Positions 37,193-52,500 of a DNA stretch of 64,000 bases are shown here, piece after piece. Source of the DNA: Chlorokybus atmophyticus (lineage: Eukaryota > Plantae > Mesostigma and Chlorokybus algae); assembly GCA_009103225.1 (NCBI GenBank), contig RHPI01000772.1:62001-126000 (forward strand), read 5' to 3'. Position 1 is the first letter of the stretch, and the number at the start of each line of letters is the position of its first letter. Made by a program: the position numbers and the translations under genes. The notes below the pieces were generated by a model that saw only the letters and a list, made by a program, of their open reading frames with translations, was not told the DNA's origin and did no database searches.

Positions 37193-37694
37193 GCCTGCGT
37201 GTTGTATATGTGTACGCTTGCGAGCATGCGTGCATTCCTATGTGCGCACGCACGTGCGAGTCCAAGGACCTTTGCTGCTCACTCACGATTTGACGAACGT
37301 CTCTGCTCACCCCCATGAATTGAGTCCATCCAACACTGGATCAGTGACTCATTCTTTCTTGCCAACCAGGATCGGTTCAGCATCATCATCCACGGGTTTC
37401 CTCATCTCCACCGACTTGTATGGCCACAGCCATGCAGGCAAGGCAACATATCACTATCACTATTATTATCACCGATTGTGTCCGCATGAAGTGATGTTGA
37501 TATTGATCTGTTTATGTGTTATTACTTCATCAGGCGAGCAGTGAGGGAAGAGGTGGTGTGCGTACGCATGGCCTCGCGCAGTACCGCCAGCGTCTCCGCG
37601 AGACCTCCAGACCCTCTCGCTCTCAGGCAAGCTTTGCCACATCATTAACAGCAACAACACTCACCCAACAACAACAAGAATATTAACTAAATCA

Positions 37695-40439
37695 ATGCAG
37701 GGTGGTGTGGGTGTGAGTGAGGACGTGTTGAGCACGCCTTTGGGTGCTGCGCTAGCCGTGAGCACGAGGAATACAAGTCACAGTGGTGGTGGTGCACCTC
37801 CTCTTCCTCCTCTTCCACCTCCTGGTGCTCAACCTTCTCTCCCTCCTCTCCCACCACTCCAATGTTCTCTTCCACCTCTTGCACCCTCGCTTCCTCCTCT
37901 ACCTCTGCCTCCGCTACCGAACAACACACACTACCACACAGATCCCAACATGGCGGCATTGCGAGAGCTCGTTGCACGCGGATCGCCCATCCATGGTGGG
38001 TTGGTTGTTGCAGTTGCTGTTGCTGCTGCTGCCGCTGCTGCTGTCGTGTGCGCGTGTGTGTACATGTTGTGTACATGTTGTGCACAACATGTTTGGATTG
38101 TTGTGTCTATGAAGGTGAGGCCTTGCACGGGTTTGTCACGGTGGTTGCGGGTACTCCCTTGTCCGAGTCGACAACCCAACATCAGCATCTCAGAAGCATG
38201 CACGCAGCTCACAACACCAACGACACCAACGACACCAACGACATGCACAACGGCGACGACAGCAATGCCGTCAACCACACGACCGACAACCCGTACCTGG
38301 CGGCCATGTGGGAGATCATGTTGGCTTTGGGCGAATCGCTACCCAAGCTGTCGGCGCATGAGAACCCGGACAATATTGCACAGGACCACCCTTTGAGCGT
38401 TGGTAATGACTTGTTGCTGTTGCTGCATTTCTTATGTGTGTGTATGTGTGTGTGTGTGTGCGTGTGCGTGTGCGCGTGCGCACACGCACACACATGTGCT
38501 TCTCAACCAGATGTAGTGTCTCCTCACGGGCGTGGCCGCACAGCGGGTACGAGCGCCATCCAACAAGCCGATGCGGACCTCAGCAACCTGCAAGAAGAGG
38601 TATGGTTGTGTCTTCATGCATTGGCTTAGATAATCTTCAGGCACATGTTGCAACTGAGCTTGATGAAATTTTATCTCACAACATATGTTGGGTTTTGTTT
38701 GCTTCTTATTCTGCTGTTATCACAGGTCAAAGCGGCGTGCAAGCAAGTCGGGCAGCAGTTTTATGAAACCGTCGAGCGCTTTCTGGTATGCAACACTTGT
38801 GTGACAGTGATGAAGTTGTCCCCACCGATAGGTTGCAAGTGTGATTGAAAAGAGATACAACGTAAACGTATTGCTCAGGGTGTTTGTATGTGTTGCGACT
38901 TGTTGTTGTGCGTGTACACAGAATAGTACATGTGTGTGCAGCATCTGCTCCCGACGAGCGTGCAGGACTCAGCCACGCCAGGGAAGGGGCTCGCGGTGGC
39001 AGCCGCAGCCGTATTGCAGGTGGGAATGAGATTGCAGGTGGTGTGTAACTTGTTGTTGTTGTTGTTGTATGCAAACACTCCTCTTTACTGCATTTCAGGG
39101 GCAGGCCCTGTTTATCCGGATACACGATGCAGTCGAGCGCCAAAAGAATGAGCTTCACAACAACAACAATGATAACATTACCACCATCAGCACAATCACT
39201 ACCAACACCAACATTGACAACGGTGCTTTAGTAAACGCAACCAACAGAGAAAAGACCAGCCCCACACACCAAGAGCCCAACAACAACAATGACGAAGATG
39301 ACATTAACGACGACAATGACATTGACAATGACCATGACAACGACAACAATGACGATGATGATGAAGATTATGAAGCAGAAGAGGAGGAAGAAGAAGAAGA
39401 GGAGGAGGAAGAAGATGATGGTGCGGACGATGAGGACTATGAAGGGGAGTCGCACAAAGGTGGAGGTGGAGGTGGAGGTGGTGGTGGTGATGGTTCACGT
39501 GACGTGCGTGTGTCTGCGGGAAGGCCAGGACGCGGACTGCCCGTGCGAGCCGTGCGGACGCTACGCGCGTGGCTGTTCAACCACTTCCTGCACCCGTAAG
39601 GGAGCAGCACAACAACAACAACACCAACACCAACACCAACACCAACACCAACAACAACAACATCAACACCAACAACACCAACAACAGCAGCAGCAGCGAC
39701 CATGTCGTGTTGGTTTGAAGTGCAGAGGGTGTAGTAACGTTGCGTCTGGATTTCCTGTTAGGTATCCGGGGCAGAGCGATAAAGTGCGCATGGTTAGAGA
39801 GACGGACTTGTCGAGAGTCCAGGTGAGTGGTTATTCGTGTTGCTGTTGCTGTTGTTCAACACATGTTGTTGCGAATGTGATTGCTGATTGCTGCTGCTTC
39901 TTTTGTGGTTTTGCTCCTTGTATTGCTGTTGCTGTTGTTCAGCACAAGTTGTTGCTAAACAGCTAATGTTGCTGCTGCTACCGTTGCTGTTGCAAAGTGC
40001 AGAGAGTACCATCTGCCATTCTGATTGTCAGTGACTGACGTGTTGTATCCTTTGCATCCACCAGGTGTCCAACTGGTTCATCAACGCACGCGTCCGTCTC
40101 TGGCGCCCTCTCATCCTCGAGCTCTGCGGCGACAAGGCTTCCCACCCGCGAAGACCTACCAAGCGAACCTCAGGACAAGACAAGGACAAGGACAAGGACG
40201 AACAACACAACAACAACAAGGACGAGAAGGAGGATGCCAACAACAAGATTAGTAACAGCAATGGTACGGATGAGGTGGCGCATCGGTGTAAGCGCAAGCG
40301 AGCGCAGCGCAAGTCGGCCGTCCATTGCAGGAGAGAGGCTGCCAAGAGGTTGACAACGCACGTGAGCGAGCCCGCGTCGTACGATACGATACCCACACGC
40401 AGCTCGCCACGCTTCCAACAGAACCAACACAGCCAGTAA
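37695..40439 (+). CDS. BELL (BEL1-like) TALE homeodomain transcription factor
   Basis: Exons 37695-37995, 38115-38402, 38511-38599, 38726-38785, 38942-39019, 39099-39595, 39762-39822, 40065-40439, all GT-AG with consistent phase. Homeodomain [27 protein letters not shown]...SRVQVSNWFINARVRLWRP is the BELL signature. SKY-like NPYLAAMWEIM and BELL/POX-like helices lie upstream. The start codon is tentative. Confidence 0.92.
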
Positions 40440-41131
40440 AGCCAACACAGCCAAAGCCAGCAGAGCCAACAGCAGCAGGCGAGACGGTAGCCAAGGGCAA
40501 AGGTTGTGGTGTTATTGTATGGTGTTTACCATCCGGAGGGCGAGAGAACAGTACAAGTGCACGTGAGTGCATGTGCTATATTTATTTCGTTAATGCACGT
40601 ATAGGGCCACTGCACATGTAGCGGGATGTAGCTGCATAATGTAGCTGCAAAATGTAGCAGCATGATTGCAATTGATGTGAGATGCATGCCAACAGTAGCC
40701 AAACGTATCACTTCATATGATGATGGTAGCGCCTCTGTTGCAATGTTGACATGAGATACATGTCAGCCCGCACATACCAATTGACATGGATCCGCACATC
40801 ACTTGCAACTTGTTGCATCAGTGAGCCACACATGTGGGGACGGTATGCTGCGCACATGCACTCACACGCGCACGTGCACGCGCGCGCACATGCACAGGTT
40901 CATACCCACATCAGCACATGAGCACACAACACCTCATCACAACCAAGCCTTGTGTACACGCGGTAAGTATTACTTAACCCGCTGCTACGCTACTACTTCA
41001 ATCGCTGCTGTGCAGCCCCTTTATGCCTCTCCCAAATGCCTAATGGTGATGCTGATGATGTTGACATGAAGTTCACATTGAGTCCATGTTGGGTTAATGG
41101 GGATTATACGCTGTCTTTCTCTCTTTCCCTC

Positions 41132-41834
41132 TCAGTCCTTTTTCCCCCCCGTCACGTTCGGCGCCGGCTTATTGATCAGCGACTTGTGGATGTGCGGTAT
41201 GACCCCCCCTCCCGCGATGGTCGCCTTGATGAGGGTGTCGAGCTCCTCGTCCCCGCGGATCGCCAGCTGCAAGTGACGGGGGGTGATGCGCTTGACTTTC
41301 AAATCCTTGGAGGCGTTGCCGGCGAGCTCGAGGACCTGAGGGGGAGGGGGAGAAACAAGATGTAGAGGTGTAACATGTCACACTCAGACGCGCGCACGTA
41401 CATACCCACAGGCACCACATGCAGAAAGTTCGCATGCGCCTAGTCCTTCACATGTGTGCACGTGCGACTTTGCATGCGAGCGCGCACGCACGTGCACTCG
41501 GAGTACGCAACCAGTGCCAACCATAAGGCAGGCTCCCGCTCACATACGGCAACGAAATTCGGCACCCCGACACCCACACTCTTCCTCTCACCTCCGCCGT
41601 GAGGTACTCCAGTATGGCCGCCGAGTACACCGCCGCGGTCGCCCCGACCCTCCCGTTGGTGCTGACTCTGCTCTTGAGTATGCGGTGGATGCGTCCGACG
41701 GGGAACTGCAGTCCCGCGCGGGAGGAGCGCGACACGGGCTTCTTCTTGTCTTTGTTAGAAGGGTCGGAGGAGCCGGCGGGGACAACGCCCTTGCTGACGA
41801 GACCCTTGGCGCCCTTGCCGCCCTTGCCAGACAT
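41132..41834 (-). CDS. H2A.Z: histone H2A.Z variant
   Basis: Exons 41834-41592 and 41335-41132. Translation includes [17 protein letters not shown]...[74 protein letters not shown]. Confidence 0.98.
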
Positions 41835-44117
41835 GGTGGAGGTGGCTGATCAGTGTGTGTGGGCTATTGTGTTGTTGGGATGATGCTGCTTGCGATGGTG
41901 GTGCTTCTCTCTCTTTGGTGCTTCTCCTGGTGTCTCCTGCTGGTGAAGGCAACTTGGCAGCTGCGTAGCTGCTGCTTCCTTGAGGTAGAGAGATGGAGAC
42001 TCTGAGCTTCTGAGAGCCTCTTTTGCTCGCTCTTGCTCGCTCGGTTTGGGTTTGATTGAGAAGTTGCTGTGCTTCTGGTCAACACCTGTGTTCGAGTGCA
42101 GACAGGCACTCAGTGTGTGCTGTGCTGCTGGTGGTGTGCCCGCTTGCAGAGGAATTGGAAGAGAAAGAGAAAGAGAAAAGGAGAGCGAGTGCAGAAGTCT
42201 AGGTATATGGGTATGGTAATGGTGCAACCTCAGCAGTGGCAGCATTGCACGAGTGACGACGTACTGTACTGCATGACAGTATGCAATCCGATGAGTACGC
42301 TACGCCTGGTATATCCAGTGCGAATGTGTCCACAAACCATGCACACGTGCGCGCACATGCAAGCAGAGACATACACACAAAAGCACGCACACGAACACAC
42401 AGAGCTTAGGCCCTTCAGCTTGCTGCATGCCATGCCATGCCATGCCATGCCTGGCCAGCCCCGCCCTGGCCCTGCCCGCCCAGGAATAAGGCGCTGCAGC
42501 TACACAAATTCTGGCTTGAGCTGACGCTATAATGCCAGCGCACCTACACACGCACGCGCCTGTCGTTTGGGCCAGAAAACTCCTCACACACAGCTAATCT
42601 TGTCGTTGTGAAACCAGACACTGGGGGGTGGTTGCCCTCGCAGCAGAAACCCCGCAAAACGCACAAGCGAAAACGACACAGCAGGAAAACGTTCCCCCAT
42701 GGCACCTGACTGGCAGCTGCGGAGCGGATGGGGCCACGCGCTTCCTGTACGCCCGCGCTCACGCCGACAACGACACCGCCGCCGCCGACGAGCCCGCCCA
42801 ACGACAACCGACCGACGACGTGCAGCAGCAGAGGGGCGGGCGGGCGCGGGAAAACCAAACACTACATTATTGAAAAAAACCATAAGGCTCTGCCCTCGCT
42901 ATAAGAGCCTGCCCGCGAACAGACGTACACCCTGTGTGATCATCAGTGCTGTGGTGACTCGCAACACAACTTGTGAGCAAGATCAATTTTTGATCATGAT
43001 CGTGCGCACTAGTTTATGAAATCTGAACTTGTAAGTCACGTGTAATGACTCACAAGTTCATCATAATTCGTAAACTGTACATGCATGAAGCTGGATGCTG
43101 CAATTGACAACGATGTCTTGTTGTAAACCACACGTGGATAATGCGGAACAACGGAACGAGGTATAACGAGGTATTACGTACAAGTGCATGATCAACAGAC
43201 GGCATAATGCATGACACTTCAGTTACATTCGTTTTGTGCGCCATTGCATTAGAAAACATGCTGCTGTATGTAGCATACAGATACTGACGGTTTATCTGAT
43301 ATGCATGTAGCTCTGTGCTTGGAATGTGCTCTTATCTAATTATGATTATGGTTATATAATCCCGCACGTGTTTGCTGATATAAACATATCATTACATTTT
43401 GCTTTTAGATGAGACCCTTACACAAGATCTAATTACTTTTATCAAGGCAACATAACGCTGGTACGACCAAAATACAACCCTCACTGTTATTATATTAGCA
43501 GGATACTTAAAATTGCGAATAGAATAACCCCGTTATTATATTGTATCTTATAGAAACAGTGTCTGCTTATAAAGTTTTTTAGCAATTCAGGTGAACTTAT
43601 TCCTTTGAACACTATGTAGTTGACATATTCCTGGTGCGTAGCTAAGAATGCATATAAATTGACCATATTATTGAAGTACGAGGGCTAGATTACGGTAAAT
43701 TCAGCGTGGATAGGTTGTACTACGGAGAGATGATTCTCTCCTTCGTACGTGTAAATTCTTATATCTTGCATTATTCTGCATGCAACACACTACAAGCGCA
43801 ATAACAATGATATTGCCTTCACTCTCTTCATTGGAAGGACGTAAATGCATATATCGCAATTATGTCATAGCGGATACTTGAAGAAACTTTGCGTACTTAT
43901 ATACGCATGTTGTTCAGAAGTTGACACAAGGGTAAGCATGAACGTGCATATATTGTGTATCAACATTCATTACAAGCAATTCCTAGCAAGATTGCTATGA
44001 AAAGAGCGGTTACTGACACTTGCAATACAATCTCACCAGCAACTCACCATAACACTTCTCGCAACAGGCAATGCATGTTGCTTTACAACACATTGCAGAC
44101 TCACACAAATGCATGTG

Positions 44118-45235
44118 TCACGACGACAAAGGTGAAGCGGAGTCGTTGTTGCCAAAGTCGCGCTCTATGCAGGCGAGCACGTGGTCATGCATCTGGTCCA
44201 CGGCCGCAGGGAACGACCCCGCAGTCAGACGCACAACGGCCACGCCGCGGTCCTCATAAGAAAGCAAGTAATCCTACGAGAAGGATCGTTAAACATCCAA
44301 CACTGAGAATAGAAGTTGGACGAGCAGGACTGGTTTGTTGGGTTGGCATGCTGCAACAATTCTTATACATGCACCTCAGTGCACAACACGCACAGCACAC
44401 ACGCATGCGCGTGCGTGCGCGCGCACACGCACATCACATACACCCACCTGTATCTCCCGCATGCGCGCCAGCAGTCGTTCCTTCATCCCTCCTCTTCCCC
44501 CATCTTCCCCACCCTCCTGACTCACACCGCTATTCCCTCCACCATCTCCGACAGAACCGCCACCCCCGCCGTGATGGTGGTGGTACCGCGTGGCGATCCA
44601 GTCGTCCACCAGCAGCGCGTGGTCGGACTCGGACATCGCGAGGACAAAGGGAACGACGATACCTCTGGAGGATGTTGTTGGTGGTGGTGGTGGCATGAGT
44701 CTGTCTTCGTTGCTGTTGTTGTTGTTGTTATTGGTGGTGGTGGTGGTGGTGGTGATGTTGTCACCCTCTTTGGCACCGCTCGTGCTCGGCTTGCTGCTGC
44801 TGTCGTTGTTCTCACCTTCTTTGTGCCCCTCCTCACTGTGGTTGCGCGTGTGCGTGTCGTTGTGCTGCTCGGTGGTGCTGGTGTGGTTGTGGGTGCTGGC
44901 ATCGTTGTTGTGGGTGTTTGGCTCGGCGCCGTCGGGCTGGTCCTGGGCAGGTAGGACGTTGAGGTATATGCCCGGGTCGAGGTGGAGGCCCTCCATGATG
45001 ATGGGCTTGCCGTCCGACACGCACTTGTCCAGATCTCCCTCCACACCTGCATGACACAGTGGACACATCAAGTAGAGACGCACACGTACACACAACAACC
45101 GCTCCAGTCCACACTTGCCTTTGCGCACGACGCGGCACTCCCGTCTATACTCGTCCACGAGCGCCGCCCCACTCAACTCCGGCCGATCCCACAACGCCTC
45201 CCGCGCCAACGGCGCCCTGCATCACATCCACACAA

Positions 45236-45268
<33 letters not shown>

Positions 45269-46480
45269 GGTCATCTCTTTTATGATGATGACAACAGCAA
45301 CAACAACAACAGCTCACCCTTCAGTTGCGCGCAGGAGTTCGTATACGAGGTCCGTCTGCAGCACGTTGGGCAGGTTGAGTCGCTGCGCGAGGTGGGTGGC
45401 AAGCGTGGACTTGCCGCTGCACGCGCTGCCGCACACAACAACCACGAGCGGCGCCCTCGCGTGATGAAACCTGATATGTTGTTGTTGTTGTTGTGGTGGT
45501 GGTGGTGTGATGTGTGTGATGGCGAGACTAGTGCTTGCCTTGTCATCATGCGGTAGCGTGAGATGTACTCGGCCCCGAAGCCTCGTCGCTCCATCACCTG
45601 TGTAATTGTTGTGTTGTTGCTATGTGCTTATGTGAAAGAGAGTACACTCACACTGAAACAGGCGTCAAGTGTCATACGGAGAGTGTCTTTCTGTATGTCT
45701 TTTGCTTGCCTTGAAGAGGTTGGACTCAAGGTCGGACTGTGACCTGCACCACATGATATGGATAACAAAGATGGGAGACCAAAGAGAAAGATGATAAAGA
45801 TGTTGCGTACTTGTTGTGATGTGAATCGTTTGATACGCATACAAGCACACGCGACACTAATGAAACGCGAGTGCAGATTGTGGTGTGCAAGAAGGCTAAA
45901 CCTGATTGCAGTAGTGGATAGTACGATGCGACAGCAACGGCAACGACAACAACAACAACATCAGCGTTGACAGCAACGAGAGTGACGTACACGTCCAGGA
46001 GATTGTTGTCGACCATGAGCTTCTTGAGCTCGAGGGCGATCTTGACGGCGCTTTCGCTCGGGATCTGATCAGGTTAGGCAACTGTTTATCAACAAGCACA
46101 TTGCATGTCTGTCTGTTTGTGTGCTTGCCTACCTTTGTGACTGTGAGTGTGCGGGAGAGGAGGAAGCGCGACAGCACGTAGTAGTGGTCAGAGTGCTGGC
46201 CCAACCACACACGCACCTGTTTCATGGCGCATACGCATGTGTGGGTGGGGTTAAGCATACTTGAGCGTGTGCATGCATATGAACAATTGCACCTGTGCGC
46301 ATACGCACATGCGCACACGCACACGCATGCACATGGACTCGCGAAGCATACATGCGCAAGTGTCCTTGCGCAAGGCACGCGTGCATGCCTTGCACTGAAA
46401 TGTGCATGTGCCTGCGCATGCGCATGCATGTACCTGTCAGTGTGTGTATGCAAGTGAAGGCACGTATCTTGTTGCAAGTT

Positions 46481-46517
<37 letters not shown>

Positions 46518-46905
46518 ACATTCGTTGTGCTGATAGTGATGATTTGTTTTTGGTCACCCACCAATGCAACGACATTGCGTTGGGTTGTGCATTGTGGTGA
46601 GCCAATACACAACAACAACGAGGGATAATAACGTGAGACAACACATTATATTATGTAGCTATTGCTAAGATCACTGTTGGAAACGAGTCAAAGAATGCTT
46701 GACTCACCTTAACAAAATCATATTTGCTGCTTGGCCGCCTGGGACTCCTCTGATTGAGCGGCGGCCTGGCGGCCTCATCCTCTCCTCCTCCCCCTCCCCG
46801 TCCTGCTCCTCCTGCTTCTTCTCCACATCCTCCTCCTCCTGCTTCGCCTCCGCCTTCTCCTCCTCCTCCAGCCCCGGACGCCGCCGCTGCGTCGTGGGAA
46901 CTCAT
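44118..46905 (-). CDS. P-loop NTPase, 2-phosphoglycerate-kinase-like plant family
   Basis: Exons 46905-46708, 46216-46133, 46064-45991, 45743-45710, 45597-45539, 45470-45318, 45216-45119, 45046-44448, 44273-44118, all in phase; three donors are GC. Motifs SSKYDFVKVRVWLG..DHYYVLSRFLLSR, Walker A CGSACSGKST, LNLPNVLQTD, DGKPIIMEGLHLDP. Confidence 0.9.
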
Positions 46906-47424
46906 GCCGCCACGTGGCACACGCACACACAGGGCGCAGAGGCCAGGTGTAACTTGCAGCGTATTTGAGATGGCGCAACGTAATCCTCGTAATTCGCACC
47001 TCGTATACCAGATGACGTAACCCAAAGGCAAAGGGAAGATACAATTAGGAAGATGAAGTTGTGTCGTGGAAGTTCCGTCACTTGATCGGGCGCTGGCGTT
47101 ACTTAACAGTGGAACGGACTGAATGGATTCCAAAGCTACCTCACATGTGTGCGTTTGCTTGTGAGATTTGTACTACAGCGTCTTGCACGCACAGGGGCTG
47201 GCCCACATGCATCAGCTTTTGAAGCTGCTGTTGTTAACACTTGAGGAGAATAGTTTGTGACGTGAGCGTAACTGCATGTGTGTACAGCTGCTGTTGGTGA
47301 CTTGTGTACCCGTGCATGTGTGCTGATCCAGGCACAGTTGCATCAGGGCCAGAGAGGAGTTGTATTGTGCGTGTGTACTCATAGTTGTTGGGCATCTTTA
47401 TATAGTCCGACCCAAGAACACACG

Positions 47425-48601
<1,177 letters not shown>

Positions 48602-49179
48602 ACGCAGACACAAGGACGGCAGGAGGGCGTGCTGCACAATGTGTCTGAGTGCAACCCCTGTCCCTGTGCCTCCTAATGGATGACGCAATACGTATTGGAC
48701 AACTGTGTGCTAAAGGCGGGCCAAGAATGCCCATACTGCAATTGGCAATCTTAATCGTCTGTCTGAGAGTGTGAACAAGCAACCAGCAATAAGTCAAACG
48801 TGATTGGTGCGATGGTAGTGGTAACGCCCCAGGCTCCACATGTAAAGTAGTTGCGTGTACCAGAAAGTTGTACAGGATTTGCAAGAACCTGTATATGTTT
48901 GGAGTGCTCTTTCTCTTTATCCAAGTTCGTAGACACTGTGGACATGGGCATGTACCTAGTAGTCGGCTGTGCTGGTTACTAAGTTTGCCATTCATCGGTA
49001 CCGGTCATATACACAACTGAAGCAGGACACTTGCACCGTAATCTGCTTGCCGCCGCAAGCAAGAGCAGACTACTGTCGAAAGCAGTTTCAACGTAGCCCT
49101 GGCCAACTTGTTATTGTCTCAACTGTGACTTTATGTGACGTCCAACGTCCAAGCAACTTGCATGCGCCCCCCGCCCCCC

Positions 49180-49283
49180 NNNNNNNNNNNNNNNNNNNNN
49201 NNNNNNNNNNNNNNNNNNNNNNNNNNNNNNNNNNNNNNNNNNNNNNNNNNNNNNNNNNNNNNNNNNNNNNNNNNNNNNNNNNN
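49180..49283. other. assembly gap flanked by poly-C
   Basis: Run of N. Confidence 1.
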
Positions 49284-49590
49284 CCCCCCCCCCCCCCCCC
49301 CCCCCAAGATGTTGCGCAACTAGTGCACACGGACGCACAGCAGTGCATATGGACAATTAGCCATTGCAGCCACGAGCAGCAACAGCTACAAAACTAGCGA
49401 GACATCACGTGTACTTCTAACAGTGTCAATCGATTCGTTCTACAAGACGGCAGTACGGACTAGCTGACAGCCAATGCAGCAAAGGGGTCGGGCTCTAAGC
49501 TATGCGCAATATTGACACAGAGCGGCATAGCTGCTGGCACACACACGCGCGTATGTATCGTTACCGTGAGTTGATGAGGCAACCCTCTTC

Positions 49591-52500
49591 TTAGTCTTTC
49601 CACTTCTTCTGCTTGGGCTCTTTTTTCCAGCCGTCGAGGTTGAAGAGCTTGCTGACTCCGCTCGGGCTGAGCATCTCGGGTGTGCTGCTGCTGCGTCTCA
49701 GAGCAGAAAGCAGCGACTTTTTGAAGGCGAGGCCGCTGGCGGTGATGCCACTCTGAGTAGCACCCGGAGACTTGGTAACGCTGGCCACACCGCCACTACC
49801 GCCATTGCTGCTCGCGGATGATGAGGACATGAGACCCAACAGAGCATTGCCTGTCGAGTTGGAAGGACGCATAGCGCGGCTATTCTCGCCAGCGTCATAG
49901 CTCGCGCCGGGGCCCAAGCCGTTCAACGACGCGGAAGGCGGGGACTGCTGCGCTATGTGGCCGGCCATCTCGCTCCGCATCAGCCAGCTGTAGCCCGCAC
50001 TAGCCCATTTCTTTGCTGTATCAAAACTGTGCGACAACACTTGCATCAGGTTTACGGCCAACCTCATGCACAACTACGCGCACAGCTGGACGCACTGGGT
50101 AAATTGCATGGCAGCAGTCAACCATTGTCAGCTGTTGCACGCTGGTCACAAGTGGGACCAGTACACTGCATCTACCAACTAAAAACATTCAGCCAGTGCA
50201 TGATGTGTAACTACTGCTGGACAACGTCACGACCACTGCGCCTGTATGCAACCAGCATTGCTGACTGCGGAGATTTCATGGTACAAGGCACTGCCAGCTA
50301 ACCGCACACTCTGTCAGTGACATGCAATTGCGGGAACTGAACTGCAACTTAGACTGCATCACGGTGACAGCACCAGAAGCATAGACTGAACCATCACATG
50401 CACCTAGCTCAGTTGGCAACAAACTGCGCTTTGTGTCCTTCAAAAATGCATGATAGGTATGCACCACAGCAACTACACTGCCATTGCAACAACAAACATG
50501 CCGCATTGCCAAGAGAGTGAGGTGGCAATACACCATATGCTTGCACAGGCAGCAGTACACACACAGCTTTTGAGTGTTGGAAAGGAGCAGTACCTGTTTC
50601 CTGGGGCACTCTCGTCCGCACCTCGCCTCCGCCTGACCTGATCCTCACTCGCTTCTGAGTCACGCTCAGAGTCATCCGAAAACGTGGACAGCGCGATCGA
50701 CCCAGCAGAATGTCTTCGGTTGCCTGGCGCTTCAGTAAAGTTGAGGAAGTCTGCCGGGGACTCACTTCTCCGCTTTGGTGTTTCTGGGCTTGCATAGTAG
50801 CCCCGCAGCATGCCAAGTTGAGAGTCTGGTGTGGGGACGTGTGAGTATTTCCTGCGCGCCGGCGGCCTGCAATATCGCCTAAGTTAACCGGGCAAAAGCC
50901 TGAGTCAGCGCCTCAGAGAAGCGAGCATACAAAACAGAGCACACCACTCAGCAAAGTTGAAGCCCAGCCTTAACAGCGTAGTGGTAGGTGCGACGCAAAC
51001 AAGCAACGTATGGCCATTGGATGTTGGCCATGTCCGAATCTAACATAAAGCCCCATAGCTCCGTGGACTGATGATTCTGCAAGTCAAATAATGTCTGTAC
51101 CAGTAATCAACTCTGACAAGCTATAGACAACTGTAACCACCCTTCATGCATGGACTTGACTTATTGTTGCCTTGGCGAAGCAGTGCCCGTGGCTCACAAA
51201 CCATTCCTAAGGTCTGGCCTTCAGCATTGCATGACGCACACAGGAAGCTACACAAGCCAGCAACAAGCATCCGCAATGCGTCTCATGCCCTGCTTCACAA
51301 GACGCTTCTCCTTGTGATGACATGACAGCTAACAGGCTCTCAACATGAATCTGTAGCAACAGTCAATGATGGACTGCTTCAGAACACTACGGGCTGATGC
51401 AAGGTGAGATGTGGCAGTTGCTCACTGCCAATCTCATCCTAATACATCAAGATGCAAAGCCGTTGTGATTCAGTGACTGCCCAGTGCTAACACCGTTTGT
51501 TAGGTCCAGACTCGACAGCTCAAGAGATACGCCAGGAAGGTAAGCGTGCTGTCCTTTGTGTTTGACATGACAGCGCTGTGCAGCAACACGACTCGGAAAC
51601 CTAAAGAAGGTGAGGGTGCTGTGCTTTATGTTTGACATAACAATGCTGCAAAGCTGTGTTTACCTGGCCAGAGTGACATGACCCGGTGGGATTACTTGCA
51701 TAGGTATCCTCAGCGTCTTGTGAGCAAACATGGAGATATCCGACTCCAAGCCGTTGGCCCGTTTTATGTCAGCCACCTGTGAAGAAACGCATTTGTCACA
51801 CTTTGTCACTCAATACGCTCATGTTATCAAGACGCACGCAACAGCAACTCAGGGCACAGAAAAATATTGGCACAATATGACGACATGTTCTGCGGATAAT
51901 TCATGTTTGGACACAATGCGCATTCATGTAAGTCTTGCATACTCGTACCCTGCAGTCGTACACAACAATGCAAGACATATGTATGTTGGCCGAGTCAAAT
52001 ATAGCCACTGCACAGGGTCAGCTGCAAGCACAGTGTGATAAGCACTGGAGCATGATGGTTGCATGATAGGCAGGAAAGCAGCATAAGCGTAAGTATTTCA
52101 CGGAAAGCACACCGCCATGCAAGGCACCGCACCCAGCTCTGTGAGGGAACACAAACTCGAGCAGTCTACTTGTTGCAGAAAACCGCAGCGGTGTTCAGCC
52201 TTCAGCGACTTCAGCCAATGAATGCATGCAGCGTAGGATGCACAAGCTTGGGGTACAACAAGCTTACGCCAAGTGCATTGCTACAACATGATGGCAGCGT
52301 TACCGAGGTGTAAGTACTAACTGCAAGCAGTGTCTGCTTGCTGCTGGGAGTCCCAGCCTGGGACTGACGACACATGCAGCCTTACACAGTTGCAAGTGTA
52401 TCTGAGACGCAGCTTCATGCACAAACTAACTCCGTGGAAAACCATAGGTACTTGTTAAACCAGCTAGCATGGTTTGGAAATGCAGCAAGCGCTCGTCAGG

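Noticed and set aside
1-41834. functional clustering of the POWERDRESS-like and H2A.Z genes
   Set aside because: They are functionally linked in Arabidopsis, but here they are ~36 kb apart with unrelated genes and TEs between; no evidence beyond coincidence.
43515-43540. additional MITE copy
   Set aside because: Only the short agaataaccccgtt motif matches; no TIRs were found.
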